A stretch of 43,924 nt of DNA from a virus. Its lineage: Duplodnaviria; Caudoviricetes. The notes below the pieces were generated by a model. It ran no database searches. It was not told the DNA's origin and saw nothing but the letters and a program-made list of their open reading frames with translations. A program made the position numbers and the translations under genes. Of the stretch, positions 1 through 8,582 are shown piece after piece; the first letter of the stretch is position 1, and the number at the start of each line of letters is the position of its first letter. The DNA is taken from IMG/VR virus record IMGVR_UViG_3300046479_000024, positions 1 to 43,924 of that record; one strand, 5' to 3'.

Positions 1-66
1 GCGGCGGCGGCGGCGAAATTTGATCTGCTGACAATTATTAAGAGTGTAGTAGAAGAAGGAAAGTAG
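1..66 (+). CDS. 3' end of a hypothetical early gene (AAAAAKFDLLTIIKSVVEEGK*), partial
   Basis: Open frame 1 ending TAG at 64-66, followed by the repeated leader of the next gene; may continue the ORF starting at 43756. Confidence 0.5.
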   Translation, partial: AAAAAKFDLLTIIKSVVEEGK

Positions 67-77
67 CAGCCTAACAG

Positions 78-91
78 GTGCAATATCGCAC
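78..91. promoter_or_regulatory. Imperfect palindromic operator-like site GTGCAATATCGCAC
   Basis: Exact reverse complement of GTGCGATATTGCAC at 43668-43681, which abuts the early promoter -35. Confidence 0.5.
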
Positions 92-101
92 CAGCAGCAC
101 A

Positions 102-127
102 GCGGTACTCAACCGCATAAGGAGCAG
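102..127 (+). repeat. 26-bp leader repeat GCGGTACTCAACCGCATAAGGAGCAG (hairpin + SD), copy 2
   Basis: Identical to 43725-43750; both precede an A-run and ATG. Confidence 0.9.
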
Positions 128-132
128 AAAAA

Positions 133-339
133 ATGATAAATCGTCCGCCGATTCGCATGATTAGCTATATCACCACGGAAGGAAATCCATGCTCGTTTAC
201 GGTGGGGTGTGGATGTACCGAAATACGCGAGATAGAGGAATGCGGGGAGCAGGCGTTCATTCCTTGGGTTGAGGTCTATGACGGAGAAAAACTATTATTC
301 CGGAGTAATCAACACAAACTGGAGCACATTGTCTACTGA
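133..339 (+). CDS. Hypothetical early protein (68 aa)
   Basis: Strong SD TAAGGAG, ATG start. Confidence 0.75.
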   Translation: MINRPPIRMISYITTEGNPCSFTVGCGCTEIREIEECGEQAFIPWVEVYDGEKLLFRSNQHKLEHIVY

Positions 340-420
340 ATTAACTTCCGCCGCGCTGTCCTTGCCGTAAGCAGTGCCAGTTGGTAGCAGCATAACCGCA
401 ACACATTAAGGAGGAGCGAA

Positions 421-1119
421 ATGGTAGAAATTAAGAACATTTACGGCGATGTGATTTACACCGCGAAAGACGCTACCACCGTAAAACAGGCAGTCGAGCA
501 AGCTATTCTGTCCTGCGCCAACCTGTCCAGCGCCAACCTGTACAGCGCCAACCTGTCCAGAGCCAACCTGTACAGCGCCGACCTGTACAGCGCCAACCTG
601 TCCTGCGCCGACCTGTACAGCGCCGACCTGTACAGCGCCAACCTGTCCTGCGCCGACCTGTCCAGCGCCAACCTGTCCTGCGCCAACCTGTACAGCGCCA
701 ACCTGTCCAGAGCCAACCTGTACAGCGCCAACCTGTCCTGCGCCAACCTGTCCTGCGCCAACCTGTCCAGAGCCAACCTGTCCTGCGCCGACCTGTACAG
801 CGCCAACCTGTCCTGCGCCGACCTGTCCAGCGCCTTAATCGACAAGAAGACAATCGCCAACCTTCGCCAGATCAATGTCTCGTCTTACCCATACCAAATT
901 CAGGCTGTTCTTTTCCTTGACGGCTCCCGATGGATACGAATGGGTTGCCTCTGGAAGAGTCTCGAAGATTGGAAGAGGGATGGTGGAATCCTTAACAGCA
1001 ACCCATCTGAATTCCCTAATGACAGATCAGAGAAAAGCAAAGAACGCGCAGCCGCATTTGCGTTTGCCAAAGCAGCCGCCCTCCGCATGAAGCTACCGAA
1101 AGGTGAGGCTAAACAATGA
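421..1119 (+). CDS. Pentapeptide-repeat protein
   Basis: About 21 A(N/D)L(S/Y)(S/C/R) repeats; C-terminal IRMGC motif typical of phage pentapeptide proteins; SD AAGGAGG. Confidence 0.92.
   Translation: MVEIKNIYGDVIYTAKDATTVKQAVEQAILSCANLSSANLYSANLSRANLYSADLYSANLSCADLYSADLYSANLSCADLSSANLSCANLYSANLSRANLYSANLSCANLSCANLSRANLSCADLYSANLSCADLSSALIDKKTIANLRQINVSSYPYQIQAVLFLDGSRWIRMGCLWKSLEDWKRDGGILNSNPSEFPNDRSEKSKERAAAFAFAKAAALRMKLPKGEAKQ
508..835 (+). repeat. 15-bp tandem repeat array (GCC RAC CTG TMC WGM)
   Basis: Directly visible tandem units. Confidence 0.95.
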
Positions 1120-1343
1120 ACCACATCACCGAAGCACTCGACATCATCATGCAGAATTGGCTCATAGCCTTGCTTTGCGTTTCCGTTGTCATTCTGATTG
1201 CCGGAATCGCGCTGATGGTCGGCTACGAACGCGCAGAGAACAGGGCGGCATGGCAACAGGCCCGCGCCGAGAATCGTGAGGCAAAGGCAATCGAAGCAGG
1301 CCGCAAGCTGTACGAGCAGGCAACACGGAATAGGGAGGATTGA
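1116..1343 (+). CDS. Small membrane protein
   Basis: ATGA overlap with upstream gene; single hydrophobic helix. Confidence 0.75.
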   Translation: MNHITEALDIIMQNWLIALLCVSVVILIAGIALMVGYERAENRAAWQQARAENREAKAIEAGRKLYEQATRNRED

Positions 1344-2221
1344 AAATGAAGGGATACAAGGGATTCAACGATAAGCTGCAATGCTCGCCCAACGGCAAGC
1401 CATTTCAGTACGAAGTAGGGAAAACCTACACCCACCAAGGAACCATCTCGCTCTGCAATCAAGGGCTGCATTTCGTGGAGCACCCGCTGGGCGCATGGAG
1501 CTACTACAAACCACTGGACGGTAGCCGCTTCGCTCTGGTGGAAGCTGATGGAGTTTCCGACGAAACGCGAGACGATACCAAGCGCGTTGCCCAATCGCTC
1601 ACTATTAAAGCTGAGGTAAAGATTCCGGCTCTGCTCAAAGCTGCTGTTGAGTTCGTTTTCAGCAAGGTCAAGAGTTCTCCGACAAAGAGCGCCACCACCG
1701 GCGACTCCGCGCACTCGGCCACCACCGGCAACGACGCGCACTCGGCCACCACCGGCAACTCCGCGCACTCGGCCACCACCGGCGACTCCGCGCACTCGGC
1801 CACCACCGGCAACGACGCGCACTCGGCCACCACCGGCTACTCCGCGCACTCGGCCACCACCGGCGACTCCGCGCACTCGGCCACCACCGGCTACTCCGCG
1901 CACTCGGCCACCACCGGCAACTCCGCGCACTCGGCCACCACCGGCTGCTCCGCGCACTCGGCCACCACCGGCGACTCCGCGCACTCGGCCACCACCGGCA
2001 ACTCCGCGCACTCGGCTGTAGCTGGAAAAGAGTGCATCGCGGCATCGCTCGGCTTTGAAGGACAGGCAAAAGGAATCAAAGGAAACTGGCTGGTTCTTGC
2101 AGAATGGAAAGACGGCAAGATCAAGAGCATGGGTATCGCCATTGTGGATGGGAAGAAGATAAATGCCGATACGTTCTATGCGTTGAAGGGTGGGAAGTTT
2201 GTCGAGGCTACCAATGACTGA
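1340..2221 (+). CDS. Phage protein with (K)GYKGF...FQYEVGKTY N-terminal domain and SATTGxxAH repeats
   Basis: Recognisable phage family motifs (GYKGF, GLHF..HPL, C-terminal VDGKKINADTFYAL); SD GGAGG. Confidence 0.88.
   Translation: MKMKGYKGFNDKLQCSPNGKPFQYEVGKTYTHQGTISLCNQGLHFVEHPLGAWSYYKPLDGSRFALVEADGVSDETRDDTKRVAQSLTIKAEVKIPALLKAAVEFVFSKVKSSPTKSATTGDSAHSATTGNDAHSATTGNSAHSATTGDSAHSATTGNDAHSATTGYSAHSATTGDSAHSATTGYSAHSATTGNSAHSATTGCSAHSATTGDSAHSATTGNSAHSAVAGKECIAASLGFEGQAKGIKGNWLVLAEWKDGKIKSMGIAIVDGKKINADTFYALKGGKFVEATND
1688..2017 (+). repeat. 27-bp tandem array, about 12 units (GCC ACC ACC GGC NNC NNC GCG CAC TCG)
   Basis: Directly visible. Confidence 0.95.
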
Positions 2222-2366
2222 CCCGCTGACCAACCTGATCGCCGCTCCCAACGTGAGCATACGCGCACCTGAGCCGCTGATTCACTGGCCCACCGTGCGC
2301 TTGACATTGGCAATCGTAACCGCGCTGGCCGTTGGCGGCTGGCTGATCTTGGAGGCAGCATTATGA
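2214..2366 (+). CDS. Small membrane peptide (50 aa; MTDPLTNL...GGWLILEAAL), not in ORF track
   Basis: Fills the gap with overlaps at both ends; hydrophobic C-terminus. Confidence 0.65.
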   Translation: MTDPLTNLIAAPNVSIRAPEPLIHWPTVRLTLAIVTALAVGGWLILEAAL

Positions 2367-2710
2367 GCGAAGCATTGAAACCGTGCCCGTTTTGCGGGCG
2401 CACTTGCAATCTAGTCGTCGATTGTCTCAGCGGAGATGACTGGTTTGTATCTTGCGAAGAAGACTTAAAATGCCGAATGAGTCTCCACGCTGTACATCCT
2501 ACAAAAGAAGCTGCAATCTCCGCCTGGAACACGCGCCCGGTCGAGGATGCGCTGGTTGAGGCGCTGAAAGCAGCCGAAGTCATGCTACGTGCATTGCTGG
2601 TATCAACGCCATGCTCTGTGTCCACGAACGATAGCGGTAAATTCCGCAACATCAACTCGTTTGGAACACTGAAAGAAGTACAGGCAGCACTCAAGCTGGC
2701 CACCGAATGA
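2363..2710 (+). CDS. Lar-family restriction alleviation protein
   Basis: LKPCPFCG...C..C...AISAWNTR signature; SD GGAGG. Confidence 0.85.
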   Translation: MSEALKPCPFCGRTCNLVVDCLSGDDWFVSCEEDLKCRMSLHAVHPTKEAAISAWNTRPVEDALVEALKAAEVMLRALLVSTPCSVSTNDSGKFRNINSFGTLKEVQAALKLATE

Positions 2711-2823
2711 CCGCGCTGCTCGATCCCGCTATCCTGGGCCTGGTGCTGGTCGCCATTGCCTACTTGAAGCCTCGCATAACACCCATTCTCACCCGTCCGA
2801 CTGCGCCACACCTAGACAAGTGA
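2707..2823 (+). CDS. Small hydrophobic peptide (38 aa), not in ORF track
   Basis: ATGA overlap; TM-like stretch. Confidence 0.5.
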   Translation: MTALLDPAILGLVLVAIAYLKPRITPILTRPTAPHLDK

Positions 2824-2884
2824 ATGTCTTAGCGGCACGGTCGAGTTGGAGTCGAGAAGCGCATACAGGAATAGTGTAGCACGC

Positions 2885-3082
2885 TTACCGGCTCACGCCC
2901 AGCAGTATCCTCTTCGCCGCGACATTCTTGCAGCGGTCCAGTTGGTCAAGCAACGTATCCGGCAATTTCTCGTGGGTAGACATACATGGCGTGAGTCCGA
3001 ACTGCGCTGCAACTTTCTTGCGCCGTGAATTCTTACGCCTGCCGCTTTGCCGATGCGGGACGATCAATCGCTGGTAGCTCAT
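2885..3082 (-). CDS. Hypothetical basic protein (65 aa)
   Basis: ATGA-coupled to upstream small ORF; last gene of the leftward operon. Confidence 0.6.
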   Translation of the reverse strand: MSYQRLIVPHRQSGRRKNSRRKKVAAQFGLTPCMSTHEKLPDTLLDQLDRCKNVAAKRILLGVSR

Positions 3083-3177
3083 TTCTTCTTCGCATCCTTC
3101 TCTCGGTTCAACTGCTCGCGGATCAGCCGCGCCTGCTTGTACGGATCGTGCGGGATGGGTGTTGGCTTGGGTCTCAC
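3079..3177 (-). CDS. Small basic peptide (32 aa; MRPKPTPIPHDPYKQARLIREQLNREKDAKKK), not in ORF track
   Basis: GTGA overlap with Gp37/68 stop and ATGA overlap with next gene. Confidence 0.55.
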   Translation of the reverse strand: MRPKPTPIPHDPYKQARLIREQLNREKDAKKK

Positions 3178-3992
3178 GCGCTCACCGGGAATTGCTTGAT
3201 GTTGAGATCGTCTGGAAGATCATGGCCCTTGCTCGGACCGAAGACGCTCCCCATCTGCTTCATAAAGAACGCCACTCCTGCCGACGCGCATTGATCGCGC
3301 AAGTTCCGCGCCCACTCTGGTTTCATTATGCGAGCCTGAGCGCCGCTCTCGCCGCCACAAATCACCCAATCAATCTTCCCGAGCTCAGGCCATGCATTTT
3401 CATTAAAAGCAGATAACCAGCCATCCATTCCTGGCCTGTATTTCAAGTTGTCGAGATTGATAGGCCCGATAAGTGGTTCACATGAGAGAAATCGAACGGC
3501 AGCATCAACCTGGAGTATTTCTGGTATGCGCTCCTCTGCGGTCTGATGGTTCTCCGTAGTCGTACCAAGCCAACAATGCGTCAATTCAAAGAATCCTAAA
3601 TTAAGTCCGTCTTCACACATAACCGGCGTGATACGCATAGGACGTTTTGTAAGCAATTGCCAATCTAGCGCATCGCACGTATCGCCAATCAGCTTCCATA
3701 AATCTCGCCGCGTTTCAATAGGAGCTTCAAAATCGAAGATATCCGCTAGGCTCGCGCAAAACACTTTATCGCGTCGTCCAACTGCTCGCGCTTTCTTAGC
3801 CCACCGTATCGGCTCTTTCCAGTTGGCCGCAGATGTGCGACGGCGCTCCGTTCCTGGCCCCCACTTGCGCCCCATGCGCGTTGTGACAAGCTGCTCGGCG
3901 TAGCAATTGCGGCAACCCTCAGAAACCCGCGTACAGCCAATCCACGGGTTGAATGTGTGATCTGTCCATGCAATACCTGTTACTTCTCCCAT
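3174..3992 (-). CDS. Phage Gp37/Gp68 family (DUF5131) protein
   Basis: TGIAWTDHTFNPWIGCTRVSEGCRNCYA, LLTKRP, FLSCEPL, WVICGGESG, FFMKQ motifs. Confidence 0.93.
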   Translation of the reverse strand: MGEVTGIAWTDHTFNPWIGCTRVSEGCRNCYAEQLVTTRMGRKWGPGTERRRTSAANWKEPIRWAKKARAVGRRDKVFCASLADIFDFEAPIETRRDLWKLIGDTCDALDWQLLTKRPMRITPVMCEDGLNLGFFELTHCWLGTTTENHQTAEERIPEILQVDAAVRFLSCEPLIGPINLDNLKYRPGMDGWLSAFNENAWPELGKIDWVICGGESGAQARIMKPEWARNLRDQCASAGVAFFMKQMGSVFGPSKGHDLPDDLNIKQFPVSA

Positions 3993-3994
3993 TG

Positions 3995-4123
3995 TCAGCC
4001 TCCTAGCCGATATTCGTATGCGCGGGAACCTTCCCGGATGCGCTTCTGGATTACATGACCGCCGTACTGCGGCTTCCTGAGATCGCGAGTACGTGCTGTC
4101 ACGCTAGAGTCGCTAATGCGCAC
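3995..4123 (-). pseudogene. Probable C-terminal fragment of a phage winged-helix protein (42 aa)
   Basis: SVTARTRDLRKPQYGGHVIQKR...YEYRL resembles the C-terminal half of a common phage wHTH; N-terminal half absent. Confidence 0.5.
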
Positions 4124-4126
4124 ATT

Positions 4127-5491
4127 TCAATCCCTTTCTGCTTGCCAGTTGCGCGAAGAGGGAGCTTCTCTCGCTTCGTCGTATCGGTCCTTGAACTCTC
4201 CCCATTTTTGAGCGCTGATCCCGAACGAGCGTAAATCCTGTAATTCTCGCATCTTGCCAAGAAAACAAAAGTCTTCGCCCGTGTACTGCTTTTCCTGCCT
4301 GCTACGGTGAAGCATGAGAATGACTTGCGCGGCCTGCTCAAATGCGCTGGAGCCGAGAATATCTTCCACGTCCGGATAGCGATTGAGATCCATCGGAGGG
4401 GCGCGGCGAATCTGGGCAAGCGCAACCATGCGGCAATAGTCGCGGGCAATGTGGCGCAAGGTTTCCGCTTGTTTGGGAGCTGCGTCGATGATGTTCCGCG
4501 CGCGGGGGACCAATAAAAGCTGAGCGTAATCCACAATCATCAGATCAGCTTTCCAACGCTTAGCCGCCAGGACGGCCCGCGAGCGAAAGTCTGTAACCGT
4601 CAATTCGTGCGTATCATCGATGCAGATCGGAAGATCGGCTAGTTCTTCCTGCGCAAACCGTACCGCCTGTCGCTGGTCTGGAGTCAAGCAGCGCGGGTCA
4701 CGCATTGCCGAGACCGGAATACCCGCCATGAGTCGCCACAGCCGCCGGTGTAATTGCTGGGTTCGCATCTCAAGGCTTTGGAAATGAACTCGAAGACCGC
4801 GCCGTGCATTCTTGAGGGCTATCTGGAGACCTGCTTCTGTCTTCCCTGAACTTGGACGGCCAGCAAGGATACAAAGCTCTTCCCCCATCAGTCCAGCCGT
4901 CACACGGTCAATTTCCGGCGTAAGCAGATGTGCCCCTAGAATCTCCCCGGAAGGTGAATCGGCATCTTTCTCAAACTGATTGGCCGCGTCCACAATCGTT
5001 TCTGAGACCATCTTCCCGCCGGCATTCACCCGCGCCCCGGCATTTAGAATTTGCTCACTCATCCCCGCCGCTATTTGTTCCGCTGTTTCCATTCCATCAG
5101 CGGCGCGGGATATTGCCTCATTGGAGATGATCATTAGGCGGCGCGCAAGAGCCTTATCCCGAACAATACGTAGATATTCGCGGATCACTGGGCGGCGTGG
5201 CAACCCCTCGGTGAGCGACGCCAGGTAAGCCATGCCGCCGATAGTGTCCCGCTCTTTGTTGCGGTCTAATTCATAGGCGAGCGTCTGAATATCTATCGTG
5301 TGGCTTGTATCGGCAAGGTCCATCATGCGGAGAAAGATGCGCCGATGTGAGTCTAGCGAGAAATCATCGGCCTTAATCCCAACCTCTTGGACCTCATAGA
5401 AAGCCATATTATCGAGTAGGATAGCGCCGAGCAACGTTCTCTCTGCGTCCACATTCGCAGGCAATCCGGTATCGAAAGTTAGATCAGTCAT
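4127..5491 (-). CDS. dnaB: DnaB-like replicative helicase
   Basis: AERTLLGAILLDN N-domain, Walker A AGRPSSGKT, SLEM, IVDYAQL, GSSAFEQAA motifs. Confidence 0.95.
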   Translation of the reverse strand: MTDLTFDTGLPANVDAERTLLGAILLDNMAFYEVQEVGIKADDFSLDSHRRIFLRMMDLADTSHTIDIQTLAYELDRNKERDTIGGMAYLASLTEGLPRRPVIREYLRIVRDKALARRLMIISNEAISRAADGMETAEQIAAGMSEQILNAGARVNAGGKMVSETIVDAANQFEKDADSPSGEILGAHLLTPEIDRVTAGLMGEELCILAGRPSSGKTEAGLQIALKNARRGLRVHFQSLEMRTQQLHRRLWRLMAGIPVSAMRDPRCLTPDQRQAVRFAQEELADLPICIDDTHELTVTDFRSRAVLAAKRWKADLMIVDYAQLLLVPRARNIIDAAPKQAETLRHIARDYCRMVALAQIRRAPPMDLNRYPDVEDILGSSAFEQAAQVILMLHRSRQEKQYTGEDFCFLGKMRELQDLRSFGISAQKWGEFKDRYDEAREAPSSRNWQAERD

Positions 5492-6189
5492 TATTCCCCC
5501 GGCCTACTGAGAATCTTGGGTTTGGGCTGGGCGTTGGGTTTGAAAAGAGAGCCGTTGCCGTTGCTATTTTGTTTTATAGGGAAAAGCCCCGTATATCCCC
5601 GGAGAATGGATTGATTTATTACCCCTACTGGAGATTCTCCGGTTTGGCGAAGTTTTTCCAGTTCAGCAACTGCCAATCGGAGAGCATGAGGGGTGTTTAC
5701 AGCTCTCTTCTTTTTCCGAACATCCAACCAGTCTTCCCAGACGGGTATCGGAATCCAATCGGGCAAAACAAACGCCTCTGGCGCTTCCCCCTCCTTGATC
5801 CCTTCCCTTCCCTTCCCTTCCCTTCCTACGGAAACTTTCGCGAGGACTCGCGAGGATTCGTCGAATGGCGGTAATTTAGATATGCTTGGACGATCTATCT
5901 TTTGATGATTCAACCAGTTAAGCACTTCTAGGTATGTGTGACTATCCACAACATAGCGCCGGATATGATCTGAGTCCTCCAATTCTTTCAACCACCCCTC
6001 CATGAGCTTTCCCGCGTCTGCATCGTAGGGATAAAGAAGGCTCGCGAGCATTCGCGAGTTTCCGCGAGTCCTGCCTTCATCGTCTACAAGTGTCCAAAGT
6101 TGGATGAACAAAAGACGCGCATCACGGGTAAGCGCACCGATAGATTCTGATTGCGGAAATTCAGGCTTGATACAGCGAATTCTTCCCAC
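5491..6189 (-). CDS. Phage replication initiator (start probably GTG at 6189)
   Basis: MGRIRCIKPEF N-terminus, DDEGR, NWLNHQKIDRPS, EGKGREG linker, W.DW...RKKK C-domain; directly upstream of DnaB. Confidence 0.85.
   Translation of the reverse strand: MGRIRCIKPEFPQSESIGALTRDARLLFIQLWTLVDDEGRTRGNSRMLASLLYPYDADAGKLMEGWLKELEDSDHIRRYVVDSHTYLEVLNWLNHQKIDRPSISKLPPFDESSRVLAKVSVGREGKGREGIKEGEAPEAFVLPDWIPIPVWEDWLDVRKKKRAVNTPHALRLAVAELEKLRQTGESPVGVINQSILRGYTGLFPIKQNSNGNGSLFKPNAQPKPKILSRPGE
5837..6070. repeat. Candidate origin iterons inside initiator gene: two clusters of YCGCGAG repeats at about 10-bp spacing (5837-5866, 6041-6070)
   Basis: ttcgcgagga ctcgcgagga ttcgtcgaa and ctcgcgagca ttcgcgagtt tccgcgagtc; adjacent (CCCTT)n tract at ~5800-5826. 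Confidence 0.55.
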
Positions 6190-6197
6190 TCGTTCCC

Positions 6198-6243
6198 CTC
6201 TCATCCTGAGCGGCATTGGAGGGGTTGGATGAGAACCCCTCCA
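6198..6243 (-). promoter_or_regulatory. Predicted H-type pseudoknot in initiator 5' leader
   Basis: 10-bp stem UGGAGGGGUU/AACCCCUCCA whose loop CUCAUCC is complementary to GGAUGAG next to the SD. Confidence 0.65.
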
Positions 6244-6303
6244 TAGCCTAGCCGCGAGGAGCTACCTCACGGTTGAATCCACGCCGGGAGCGCGGTAATC
6301 TTC

Positions 6304-6332
6304 ATTGTACGCCGCCCCGCGTGCTGGCGCAA
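6304..6332 (-). promoter_or_regulatory. sigma70-like promoter for initiator/DnaB (TTGCGC-17-TACAAT)
   Basis: Consensus match with 17-bp spacer. Confidence 0.6.
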
Positions 6333-6336
6333 GAGG

Positions 6337-6629
<293 letters not shown>

Positions 6630-6633
<4 letters not shown>

Positions 6634-6926
6634 TTGGTCCATACCGGCACACTTTCAATGTTCTTCTTGGCAACCGGAAGAACAGGTATAACCTCGATTG
6701 CATCAAGGATCAGTATGCGTGTGACAGGCGCGGGAAATTTGCAGTCTTGGGGGCGACTAGTACCGCGCTGCGCCAACTCGGAGATTGACGCGGCACCATT
6801 CCAATACCAGATACGCCGCGCTCCGGTGAGTTCAACTTCACGACTCTTGCGAGACACAAGCGTACCGGCAAATACTCCGCTCCGGTCGCCACGGACGATA
6901 ACATATTTTCCTTTTACGATTGGCAC
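6630..6926 (-). CDS. DUF6948-like phage protein
   Basis: YVIVRGDRSGVFAG...ARRIWYWNGAASISELA...EVIP motifs; such genes commonly neighbour GDGYG-repeat ORFs. Confidence 0.8.
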
Positions 6927-6959
6927 AATGTTCCTTTTCTGCCTTTCGGCGGTTGTGCG

Positions 6960-7331
6960 CTACAGCGCGTCCTGGTCCTGGTGCAGATTCACGGCGGCGA
7001 GTGCTTTGTCGTACTCGATTCGGGCCTCAACCAGCTTCGCGCGTTTGGCGTGGAACTTCTCGACTAGCCGAAGATGTTGCTTCTCCCATGCGTCTGAGGC
7101 TACAGGCACGGTTGACGGGGCCGTGGCGGGCGGTGTGGGCTTCTCTGGTACGCTGCGCTTTGTTCCCTTGTCTGAGCGCGGCTTGCGGCCTGTGGGGGAC
7201 GGTGTAGGTTCCGGCTGTATGGCGATGGGCGGATTGTGAGAGAGGTCTAAGCTGGCGATGTGCGCCTGCCGCTGGTTCCACTGATCCTCTGTGATTCCGA
7301 GTTGTACCCATGGTTCGTCTGGTTTCGTCAT
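6960..7331 (-). CDS. Hypothetical protein with AT-hook-like GRKPRSDKG motif
   Basis: ATG at 7331 with SD AAAGG; in-frame GTG at 7406 possible. Confidence 0.65.
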   Translation of the reverse strand: MTKPDEPWVQLGITEDQWNQRQAHIASLDLSHNPPIAIQPEPTPSPTGRKPRSDKGTKRSVPEKPTPPATAPSTVPVASDAWEKQHLRLVEKFHAKRAKLVEARIEYDKALAAVNLHQDQDAL

Positions 7332-7481
7332 TGTGCTGCCTTTCTGCGCTTCGAGCGCGAGTTGGGTTAGGTGGTAGGCTGCGAGTTGGCGGGGGCCGGA
7401 AGTCACGATGTACTTTCTGTGGGTTGTGGTGCGGTGTGGGTGCGCCCCAGTACCGTTCCAGCAGGGCGCGGCGGTTGCGGG

Positions 7482-8279
7482 TTAGGTCAAGCCCTCGAAA
7501 TACTCGGCGGGCAGGTAGCCGTCCGCTTCAGCGTGCGCCACATCTTCTGTCTGTGCGGCCATCTCAGGGCAGATGCTTTTGATTCGCGCAACTGTCGCGT
7601 CCAGATCCACTAGGAATCGGGCAGTTGCTTCGCGCATCTTAGCGATCTGCGGTTCACACTCAGAGCGGTTGAGACGGATGGTAATTTGAGCATAGCGGAG
7701 CGGCAACTGCCGAAGATCATTCCCGGCGGTAGAGGCTTCGTCGATCTTCTGCTTGTTTTTAGTCATTCCGCCGTCACGGCTGATAAAGTCAATCCACTCA
7801 AGATCGGGGTCTACCATGAACGCAAACCAAAGCTGGGGTTGATTGTCTTCTGGTATGCCGCCGATTCCTTGCGCGATAAGGTCCAGAGTTTGAAGGTGCG
7901 TCGTGGTCAATGGTCCCTTGGCCTCAATCGCACCATGCTCACCTACTAAACCGTCCGGTGACCATGCAGTACGCTCATCATCACCGATAACAATTCCGAC
8001 CGTCTCAACCATAACCTTTTCTTCGAGTTCGTAGGCTGTACGTGCCAGCGGTTCGGCAGCAGTCCCAGCCAGCATGGGCGCGGAAACATAATTATCTTGG
8101 ACCGCGAAACCAGATAGAATCTCGGCGACTTTTTCCAGCCGGTATGCGCGGCGCTTGGAACCCTCGACTCCCTTTTGCGTGAAGTCGAGGATCGCGGATG
8201 CACGCGAGGCGGATACGCGCCCCAAGTGCTCTTGGAACCAATCATCGGTCCCTTGCACGATGTGTCGTAGAATCTGCAT
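7482..8279 (-). CDS. YqaJ/lambda-exonuclease family protein
   Basis: QGTDDWFQEHLGRVSAS, GT..EPLAR..YE, SPDGLV, IEAK motifs. Confidence 0.9.
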   Translation of the reverse strand: MQILRHIVQGTDDWFQEHLGRVSASRASAILDFTQKGVEGSKRRAYRLEKVAEILSGFAVQDNYVSAPMLAGTAAEPLARTAYELEEKVMVETVGIVIGDDERTAWSPDGLVGEHGAIEAKGPLTTTHLQTLDLIAQGIGGIPEDNQPQLWFAFMVDPDLEWIDFISRDGGMTKNKQKIDEASTAGNDLRQLPLRYAQITIRLNRSECEPQIAKMREATARFLVDLDATVARIKSICPEMAAQTEDVAHAEADGYLPAEYFEGLT

Positions 8280-8304
8280 ATTCCCTCTCAGTGTTTGATG
8301 GTTA

Positions 8305-8466
8305 TTGCGCGGGCCGTTCCGCTCCCTGCCAGCTTCCGTTACCTATTTTGGCTACGGCCTCCTAGTTGGCCGGTCAATCGCTGCTGGCACCTTGATTGCC
8401 GAAGGTTCCCCGTCTATCCGTGAGTGTTCAGAGCCTGTCGCCAGGTTGTCGGAGTCACCCGCGCAA
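8305..8466 (-). ncRNA. Candidate structured RNA (162 nt, multi-stem)
   Basis: 9-bp closing stem UUGCGCGGG/CCCGCGCAA; internal CCUG-GCGA-CAGG, GCCAGC/GCUGGC, CGGCC/GGCCG. Confidence 0.5.
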
Positions 8467-8468
8467 AT

Positions 8469-8582
8469 TTAATAACTGACGGTTACGTGCGGTACACGTC
8501 CCTGCTCAATGCTGGGCGCGGTGGTTTCCGGCGGGAAGATGGTGTTTTGTGCCGGGGCTGATGTTTCTTTCGTGATCCGCAT
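8469..8582 (-). pseudogene. 37-aa ORF, probable internally deleted remnant ending IEQGRVPHVTVSY
   Basis: TAATG-coupled to ERF; C-terminus resembles the I..G.IPHV.I.Y end of long coiled-coil genes often found in phage recombination modules. Confidence 0.4.

Noticed and set aside
508-2017. CRISPR array
   Set aside because: Repeats are contiguous, in-frame coding units with no unique spacers; no cas genes.
456-2260. Long antisense and alternative-frame ORFs over the 15-bp and 27-bp arrays
   Set aside because: Shadows of stop-free tandem repeats; no SD; the plus-strand frames have recognisable family motifs.
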